Shown here piece by piece: positions 56,581 to 63,200 of a stretch of DNA of 63,200 bases. How positions within the stretch are numbered: position 1 is the stretch's first letter; the number at the start of each line of letters is the position of its first letter. Position numbers and translations under genes: made by a program. The DNA comes from Bacteroidales bacterium (GTDB taxonomy: Bacteria > Bacteroidota > Bacteroidia > Bacteroidales > VadinHA17), in the NCBI GenBank assembly GCA_007132995.1, contig SLNP01000009.1, positions 1 to 63,200 on the forward strand. The letters run 5' to 3'. Under the pieces are notes generated by a model. That model saw nothing but the letters and a program-made list of their open reading frames with translations, was not told the origin of the DNA and ran no database searches.

Positions 56581-57612
56581 TTGAATAAAGAGGCAAAAAT
56601 ATTCCGCGATCTTCCCCTCGATAGCAGGGTAAAGACTCTTGTTTGCTACTCTGCTGTCTATGGAGATATCACTTCAACAGACTCTATTGCACTTAGAATG
56701 AGAGACCACGCCCCAGAGGAGATAGAGCGGGTGCTTGAAACCCTGTTCGAAGAGGGGCGAATTGTTTTAAGGGGTGGATATGTATCCCTCCCCTGCCTTG
56801 AGGATATCATTCCCCGGAAAAACAGTAATCAAATAAAAAGCGAGGCTATAATCGGTAAAAGGAGCAGAGCTATTAAACTACTGGGGAAGCTCCCGGTTAT
56901 TAAACACATTGGTGTATCAGGGTCTCTGGCAGCAGGAAACGGCACTCCTGACAGAAATGACATAATAGATGTAGACCTGTTTGTTATTACAAAACGCCAC
57001 TGCTTCTGGCTCTTCTACATCCCTCTGGCCATATACAAGAACATATGGAAAAAGAAGAGAGGCTATAGCTTATGCATCAATTACATAATCGACGAAACCG
57101 ACCTCACCATATATAACGCCAACATATATACTGCGCATGAACTCTTCTTCCTCCTGCCTGTGAAGGGAAAAAAAGGATATAGCCGGTTTGTAGAGCATAA
57201 CCTGTGGATAAACAACTTTTTTCCCGGATTTGCAGAGACGACTTCTCCCTCCAGGCAGAGAGATGCATCTGTGGGAACCATCAATAAAATATTCTACCTT
57301 GCGTATAACCTTGTAAGAAGCGTAAAGCACTTCTCAATAAAGCCGCTGAGCGACTCATCGCTAAGGCTCGATCCGTACCGTAGCATAAATCCAAACAGGG
57401 CAACATCTCACTATGGAGGCTATCAGACATTGGTAATGAAAAAGTTTTGCAATATTGCTGAGAAACACTTCCCTGAAATATTGACTCAGGATATTATTAC
57501 TGCCATGTTTCCTGACGAGCTTAGCAGAGCCATTTTAAGCGGAGAAATTGATGCTCGAGAGCAATTGATGGAGGAAGGGTTTGGGGTACCGGATATAAAA
57601 AAGTATGGTTAA
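56581..57612 (+). CDS. Hypothetical protein with a Pol-beta-like nucleotidyltransferase motif
   Basis: GVSGSLA...DVDLFVIT, plus LCINY and YTAHE. Confidence 0.65.
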   Translation: MNKEAKIFRDLPLDSRVKTLVCYSAVYGDITSTDSIALRMRDHAPEEIERVLETLFEEGRIVLRGGYVSLPCLEDIIPRKNSNQIKSEAIIGKRSRAIKLLGKLPVIKHIGVSGSLAAGNGTPDRNDIIDVDLFVITKRHCFWLFYIPLAIYKNIWKKKRGYSLCINYIIDETDLTIYNANIYTAHELFFLLPVKGKKGYSRFVEHNLWINNFFPGFAETTSPSRQRDASVGTINKIFYLAYNLVRSVKHFSIKPLSDSSLRLDPYRSINPNRATSHYGGYQTLVMKKFCNIAEKHFPEILTQDIITAMFPDELSRAILSGEIDAREQLMEEGFGVPDIKKYG

Positions 57613-58414
57613 AGAGAAGTACTATACAAGCGTGGCGGAGTATTATGATGCAGATGCTGGCACCTTTGACGAAAGATACAGCGTAAACCCCGTACTGCAG
57701 AAAATACGCTCCGCTTTCCGGGAGGAGGTGAGCAGACACTCCTTTAAAACCATACTGGAAATTGGCTTTGGTACAGGCATAGATATCTGCTATTTTGCTT
57801 CAAAGTACCCAAATGCCGAGGTCTGTGGCATTGACATATCTGAAGAGATGCACCGTAATGCTGAGAAAAAGGTTCATGAAAAGAACCTTGATAATGTTAC
57901 TCTTAAAACCGGAACCCCTGAGCAGATACAAGAGCTCTTTCCAGGTAAGAGTTTCGATCATATATTTGTATTTTTCGGAGCCCTCAATACCGTTGCCGAC
58001 CTTAAAGAGACAGCTAAAATACTAAGAGAAAGCGTCTCGCCGGAAGGTGCAATGGTGATATCATTTGTCAATAAATGGTATCTGGCAGACATGCTGATTC
58101 ACATTGTAAAGTTGAGGCCCTCAATTGCATTCAGGCGCCTCCGTAACATCTGGGGTGGCTACTCAGACCTCAAGAGACTCGAGAGTCGCTGCTACTCAAC
58201 AAGCGATATAAGGCGAGCTTTCGGAGAAGATTTTGTCATTACCGGCAAAAGTGGTTATTCGATACTCTATCCTGCATGGTACAGGCTTAGCCTGCTATAC
58301 CGACTCGGGGAAAGAGTGAGCAACCTTCTCTGGAGGGCAGATATGCTTCTTAACAAAACACCCTTTCGCAGGTTTGGCGAGTACTCCCTATATACCTTCA
58401 GGCCCCGGCAGTGA
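57605..58414 (+). CDS. Class I SAM-dependent methyltransferase
   Basis: ILEIGFGTG, GIDIS, FDHIF, FGALN. Confidence 0.9.
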   Translation: MVKEKYYTSVAEYYDADAGTFDERYSVNPVLQKIRSAFREEVSRHSFKTILEIGFGTGIDICYFASKYPNAEVCGIDISEEMHRNAEKKVHEKNLDNVTLKTGTPEQIQELFPGKSFDHIFVFFGALNTVADLKETAKILRESVSPEGAMVISFVNKWYLADMLIHIVKLRPSIAFRRLRNIWGGYSDLKRLESRCYSTSDIRRAFGEDFVITGKSGYSILYPAWYRLSLLYRLGERVSNLLWRADMLLNKTPFRRFGEYSLYTFRPRQ

Positions 58415-59336
58415 TATCCAAGTTCTTCTCAACCATCGATCTTACAGTGGGATATTTGAAAGTGTAGCCCTCAATAAACCCCTTATTCACAGTAGAAGCG
58501 TTAAGAGAGAAGGTAAATGCCTTCCAAACAGTATCGCCATACCTCTTTCGGACCTCACTACGGTTAAAAACTCTCAACGGTAGTCCGCTGATATCGGATA
58601 GCAGTGACGCGAACTCCCTCTGCTCAATAGCGGCACCCGGCACAAACAGGTTGTAGTTTTGTCCCGGCACACCACTTGAAGCCGCAAGCTCAATAAGTCC
58701 CGCACAATCTGTCACATCTATAAAACTCATTATGTTTTTACCATCCCCATATTGCGGCACAAAACCAAAGCGGCTCATTGTATCGAGATAATAGCCTTTA
58801 AACCATGATGCCGTTCCCATAACCCAGGGCGGTCTAAGCATCGAGACAGGCACACCCCCTTTCGCAGACTCTTTGATAAAAGGCCTTTCAGCAAGTATAT
58901 ACTGACTTGCAAAAGCGGTGGGATTAAGGGGCTGCTCTTCTGTAACAGAACCCCTTCCGCAATCGCCATACATTAATGTGCCGCTAACATACAACAGGCG
59001 TGGAGGCGCCTCTCTTCCCTTCATCCACGATAAGAGACGCCTGTTTGCCCTTGCACCCTTCTCAGCCGCCAGCAACCGCCCAAGAGCGCCGCTCCCCCTG
59101 TTTCTTGCCATATGCACAATCAGATCAGGGTTGAAGCTTTCTGCCGCCCTCAGGTCAAACGAACCCAGGCTGCCCCGAATAGTTTCAAAATGCTCCAAAC
59201 TAACGGCTGCATCTGTTCTGTTAACAAGAACCAACACATTGTAGCGGCTATCAATACTTCTAAGCGTTGCCAGTAGTTCCGACCCTATAAAACCGGTTCC
59301 TCCCAGAACAAGAATATTTTGTCTCCTCCCCATCAA
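58398..59336 (-). CDS. NAD-dependent epimerase/dehydratase family protein
   Basis: LGGTGFIG, extended SDR features (LRPPWVMG, FIDVTD). Confidence 0.85.
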   Translation of the reverse strand: MMGRRQNILVLGGTGFIGSELLATLRSIDSRYNVLVLVNRTDAAVSLEHFETIRGSLGSFDLRAAESFNPDLIVHMARNRGSGALGRLLAAEKGARANRRLLSWMKGREAPPRLLYVSGTLMYGDCGRGSVTEEQPLNPTAFASQYILAERPFIKESAKGGVPVSMLRPPWVMGTASWFKGYYLDTMSRFGFVPQYGDGKNIMSFIDVTDCAGLIELAASSGVPGQNYNLFVPGAAIEQREFASLLSDISGLPLRVFNRSEVRKRYGDTVWKAFTFSLNASTVNKGFIEGYTFKYPTVRSMVEKNLDITAGA

Positions 59337-59459
59337 CAGCTTTTCTATCTAAGATCGCAATTTACAACTTATTGTCCGGCAACCGGCAATTCCAGTGTTA
59401 TAGCACAATATCAAGCCCTTTAAACCAGTAAATACCATCACTTTTACTAATATTGCACT

Positions 59460-60803
59460 ATGACAGCCGCTCAGCTAAGCACCATAATCATAGCTTCGGT
59501 AACGGGACTCTACTCTCTGTTACTGCTTGGGGCATCAATGATATCACTGGCAGAGAGGCAGAAACGGGCGGCAGCCATACTGCTCGCCATAGCCCTGCTG
59601 ATGGCACTGGCCGGCTGGGCCGCAGCCACCTTCAGCTATCCGGGCAAGAACTTCCTGGCTCTGCTGCTGCTGGCCGACATAGCCCTGCTTCTCTGGCTGC
59701 TGTTAAAGCCTCCCGCCGGCGAAAAGCGCGACAGCGGTTACCGCTTCATGCCGGCCAGAGTGGTCGACGAGAGAGACACCATCTTCGCCCGCATGAAACT
59801 GAAACCCGGAACCACAGAGTATAATAACTACTACACCGCGCGCCCGGAGAGCAGATCTCCCGACGATGAGGCGAGGAGTCTGCCCGGGCTCCTCTCTGCC
59901 GGAGGAACAAAATACCACCCGCTCAACTTCGCAGCCGCCGAAGCCAATTTCACCCTTATCGAATATATGCACAAGGCAATCGGTCAGCCGGTAAGTGCTA
60001 CAAAAACAGAGATAGCGGCTCCGGAGCTGACACGATATATAAAAAAGTGGTTATCGACACTCGGCGCACACTCCTCCGGTATTACAGAGCTGAAAGATTA
60101 TCATCTCTACACCATCAGGGGCAGAGGCAGTGAGAGAGGCAGGCCGGTAGATAAACGCCATCGGTACGCTATAGCTTTCACTGTAAAGATGGATATGCGC
60201 AATATAGCCACGGCACCCGCCTCACCGGTAATATTTGAGTCATCACAAAGGTATCTCGACAGTGCCAATATGGCGCTGCAGGTGGCGGGTCTGCTCAAGG
60301 GACTCGGCTACGATGCCCGTGCCCATATTGACGGCGACTACGAGCTTATCTGCCCGCTGGTGGCACATGACGCGGGGCTGGGAGAGATTGGGCGGATGGG
60401 GCTGCTTATGACCCCCGATGCCGGTCCGGCCGTGCGTATCGCAGTGGTTACCACCGAAGCGCCCCTGCTGCCTGATATGCCGAAACCCGACCCCACACTT
60501 ATTACCTTCTGCCGCATATGTCAGAAATGCGCCGATTGCTGTCCGGGACGATCAATACCCTATGGTGAGATGGAGCGCGCAGGAGGTGTGCTGCGATGGA
60601 AGATCGACAGCGAGAGCTGCTACCGCTACTGGTGTATTACGGGCACCGACTGCGGAAGGTGCATCGCCGTCTGTCCCTACAGTCACCCCGACAATATCAT
60701 GCACCGCATGGTGCGGAGAGTTATCAGGCGGTCGCACCTGGCAGCCGAAGTGGCCTATATGGCCGACGACATCCTCTACGGCCGTAAACCGAAGGCTCGC
60801 TAA
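59460..60803 (+). CDS. Reductive-dehalogenase-like 2x[4Fe-4S] protein with N-terminal TM helices
   Basis: Three hydrophobic segments, DERDTIFAR, LGYDARAH, AGLGEIGRMG, GPAVR, CRICQKCADCCP, C...CGRCIAVCP. Confidence 0.8.
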   Translation: MTAAQLSTIIIASVTGLYSLLLLGASMISLAERQKRAAAILLAIALLMALAGWAAATFSYPGKNFLALLLLADIALLLWLLLKPPAGEKRDSGYRFMPARVVDERDTIFARMKLKPGTTEYNNYYTARPESRSPDDEARSLPGLLSAGGTKYHPLNFAAAEANFTLIEYMHKAIGQPVSATKTEIAAPELTRYIKKWLSTLGAHSSGITELKDYHLYTIRGRGSERGRPVDKRHRYAIAFTVKMDMRNIATAPASPVIFESSQRYLDSANMALQVAGLLKGLGYDARAHIDGDYELICPLVAHDAGLGEIGRMGLLMTPDAGPAVRIAVVTTEAPLLPDMPKPDPTLITFCRICQKCADCCPGRSIPYGEMERAGGVLRWKIDSESCYRYWCITGTDCGRCIAVCPYSHPDNIMHRMVRRVIRRSHLAAEVAYMADDILYGRKPKAR

Positions 60804-60832
60804 CGCTCGCTGGCATAGGGCATGGGCTCGCT

Positions 60833-61171
60833 GCTCATAACACGGGTTGTGTTGCGAGCATGTAAGAAAGAGCTATCTAATTAGCAATACTGCGTAATCA
60901 GCGAGTCGCTTGAATTTGGCCTTAAGCGGGTTCGGGGTAAGAGTCTGATCGGAGGGCAGCAATATCAGTATGCTGCAAATATGATATACGGTTAGCGTTA
61001 CTGTTTGAGGGCTGCGCAGCAGACCGAGTTGTAACGCGGTGTGCTGCCCGCAGTGAAGACTCCCCGAACCCGCTTTAGCCTTGACTTTGTTGCTTCCGTC
61101 CGGTCGCGAGCTCGCCCGGCTTCGCCGACCTCGGTTGGTCACCTTTTTTTGGTCCAAGCAAAAAAAGGTGA
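60833..61171. other. Structured non-coding element, copy A
   Basis: Nested inverted repeats; homologous to 62931-63200 with compensatory changes. Confidence 0.75.
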
Positions 61172-61463
61172 TAGAGAAATGTTGGTCAAGCAAAAGGTGA
61201 AAAGCCAAACCTTTGGTCAAGGTCAAAAGTTGAGAGACAGCGACACCCGATGGCTCGCTGCTGGCGCAGCTCGCAGCGGAGAGCAAAGAGGTGGGTGCTT
61301 GGGAGTATCGATTCATGTTTAAGAGAGGGGGCGAATGCCGGCTGGAATTGCTTGCCGGTTAAAGCTGCTCACCACCGCAAATAAACCTATCGACCCTGCA
61401 ATCTGAAACTTTACTTTTCAATTTGCATTGTTATTTGTACATTTGTAAAAAAGTATCCCGTTT

Positions 61464-62660
61464 ATGATCAGGAGAGAGAGGTTTCAATCGCTAGTTAGAG
61501 CGTTAGAATCAATGCCTGTTGTTGCGTTGATTGGGTCAAGGCAGGTAGGGAAAACAACACTTGCCCTTGAGGTTGCCAGGGAAATTGATAAACCTGTAAC
61601 CCATATCGATTTGGAATCGGATGCTGATTTTAACAAACTGACAGATGCAGAAGCTTACCTTGGAAGGTTCGACGGGCAACTGCTTATCATTGATGAGGTG
61701 CAGCGTAAGCCAGACCTGTTCAGGTTACTTCGTGTAATAGTGGATGAAAGGAGGAGGAAGGGTGAACGCTCATGCCATTTTTTACTGTTGGGGTCAGCTT
61801 CCAGAGACTTACTGCAAAGATCATCGGAGTCGTTAGCGGGCAGGATCAGGTATATGGAGCTAACCCCATTTACGGTAACCGAGTTGAAAGAGAATGAGCA
61901 GGCCGGGTTTGATTTGGAGCTTTTGTGGCTAAGAGGAGGTTTCCCCGACAGCTACCTTGCGGAGAGTGATCAGGCAAGCTGGGATTGGAGAAGGGATTTT
62001 TTTACCACCTATGTGGAGCGGGATATTCCGTCGATGGGTGTTGGGGTATCTGTACCTCAGCTTAAGCGCTTCTGGAAAATGCTGGCACATTACCATGGTA
62101 ATCAAATCAACTTAAGCGAATTTGGCAGAAGCCTTGAGTCCAGTCATACCACAATAAGGAATTATCTGGACACACTAACTGATTTCTATATGGTCAGGCA
62201 GTTATCTCCCTGGTCAGGAAACATAAAAAAACGGCTGGTAAAAACGCCTAAGATATATATTCGCGACTCGGGTATATTACATAGTTTACTGCTGTTACCA
62301 AAATTTGATGCTTTGCTTTCCCACCCCATAATAGGAGCAAGTTGGGAAGGATTTGTGGTTGAAAACATTATTAACCAATTGGATGAGAGGTGTGAGTGCT
62401 GTTACTACAGGACAGCAACAGGCGCTGAAATAGATTTAGTGATTCATACCCCGGATAATGAGATTTGGGCTGTAGAAATAAAGCGGAACCTTGCACCAAA
62501 ACTAACCAGGGGGTTCCACGAGGCTTGCAAAGATATCAAAGCAACGCATAAATGGTTGGTCAGTGCAAAAACCGATCGTTATCCATTAACCGGGGGGGTG
62601 GAGGTAATAGGGCTGTCAGAGTTTTTAAAATTGTTAAAGGACAAATTTTCAGGCTTGTAA
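61464..62660 (+). CDS. AAA_14 ATPase with DUF4143 C-terminal domain
   Basis: GSRQVGKTT, IIDEVQ, LLGSAS, ESLAGR, RGGFP, KTPKIYIRDSG, EIDLV...EIK. Confidence 0.92.
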   Translation: MIRRERFQSLVRALESMPVVALIGSRQVGKTTLALEVAREIDKPVTHIDLESDADFNKLTDAEAYLGRFDGQLLIIDEVQRKPDLFRLLRVIVDERRRKGERSCHFLLLGSASRDLLQRSSESLAGRIRYMELTPFTVTELKENEQAGFDLELLWLRGGFPDSYLAESDQASWDWRRDFFTTYVERDIPSMGVGVSVPQLKRFWKMLAHYHGNQINLSEFGRSLESSHTTIRNYLDTLTDFYMVRQLSPWSGNIKKRLVKTPKIYIRDSGILHSLLLLPKFDALLSHPIIGASWEGFVVENIINQLDERCECCYYRTATGAEIDLVIHTPDNEIWAVEIKRNLAPKLTRGFHEACKDIKATHKWLVSAKTDRYPLTGGVEVIGLSEFLKLLKDKFSGL

Positions 62661-62676
62661 TCTTGATTTTAGTGGC

Positions 62677-62891
62677 GGGCATGGGCTCGCTGCTGAAGCA
62701 GCTCGCAGCGTAAAGAAGTGCTCGCTAACGCTCGCAGGCAAAGGGCATAGGGCATGGGGCATGGGGCATGGGGCATGGGGAGCGGGCTGGCGCCCGATGG
62801 CTCACTTTGCTCGCCATTGTAATCAGTGATCAGTAATCAGTAATCAGTAAAAAAAGGCGGCTGGTGCCGCCTCTGCTCACTGACGCTCGCA
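62677..62891. repeat. Modular intergenic repeat cluster
   Basis: GCTCGC...GCTCGC modules, (G/A)GGGCAT tandem, GTAATCA tandem, GGCGGCTGGTGCCGCC. Confidence 0.8.
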
Positions 62892-62930
62892 CTAAAAAAA
62901 AGCTTTAAGATGTTTCGGGAAATAATGTAC

Positions 62931-63200
62931 GCTCACAACCAGCACGGGTTGTGTTGTGAGCATGTAAGACAGACCTGTCTCTTTAGCAGTTCTGTGTAAT
63001 CAGCGAGTCGATTAAAAGGCCGGCGTAGGCGAAGTCCGGGAAAAAGAGATGGCTATGAGTAAAGCAAATTACGACACTAACCCATTAGACAGATGAGAGC
63101 GTTGATGTTTGAAGTTCTGCGCAGCAGAACAAGTTCAACGCGGGTGCTTTACGAAGAGCCATATCCCCGGACGGAGGCTAGCCGGGGGCTTTGTTGCTCC
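62931..63200. other. Structured non-coding element, copy B (cut by the window end)
   Basis: Same block order and helices as 60833-61096. Confidence 0.75.

Noticed and set aside
60833-60859. Integron attC-like site (AAC...GTT inverted core), also at 62931-62961
   Set aside because: Much shorter than attC sites, no L boxes identified, and no integrase in the window.
60873-61322. 147-aa and 93-aa ORFs
   Set aside because: They span the structured repeat, and the frame is not evidently conserved in the second copy.

Overview
Chromosomal window from a Bacteroidota (Bacteroidales/Marinilabiliales-like) bacterium, judged from gene content and recurrent TAnnTTTG promoter motifs. It is mostly core and metabolic genes: pepE, AsmA, U32, rsgA, tldD/pmbA, mntP, dtd, deoC, hemD, rnpA, S41 protease, moaD/moaE, polA, queD, a two-component system with mgtE, macro-pncB-pncA, arsR-arsC-acr3, a TonB-dependent receptor, an aldehyde dehydrogenase, a membrane-anchored reductive-dehalogenase-like protein and an AAA_14 ATPase. 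I saw no rRNA, tRNA, CRISPR-cas, integrase, transposase or reverse transcriptase. The most interesting signals are: (1) two divergent copies of a ~270-340 nt non-coding element flanking the AAA_14 gene, whose nested helices are conserved through compensatory base changes; (2) a dispersed modular repeat family built from GCGAGC...GCGAGC hairpins that can fold on only one strand, through tandem G.A pairs; (3) a hybrid histidine kinase with His->Tyr at the phospho-acceptor and a degenerate ATP-binding domain; (4) a Tat/lipoprotein-signal TldD with PmbA and a secreted M14 peptidase; (5) an AT-richer cassette bounded by a 124-bp direct repeat that carries an alternative 3' end of a Fib_succ_major gene. 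All family calls come from reading motifs by eye; no searches were run.
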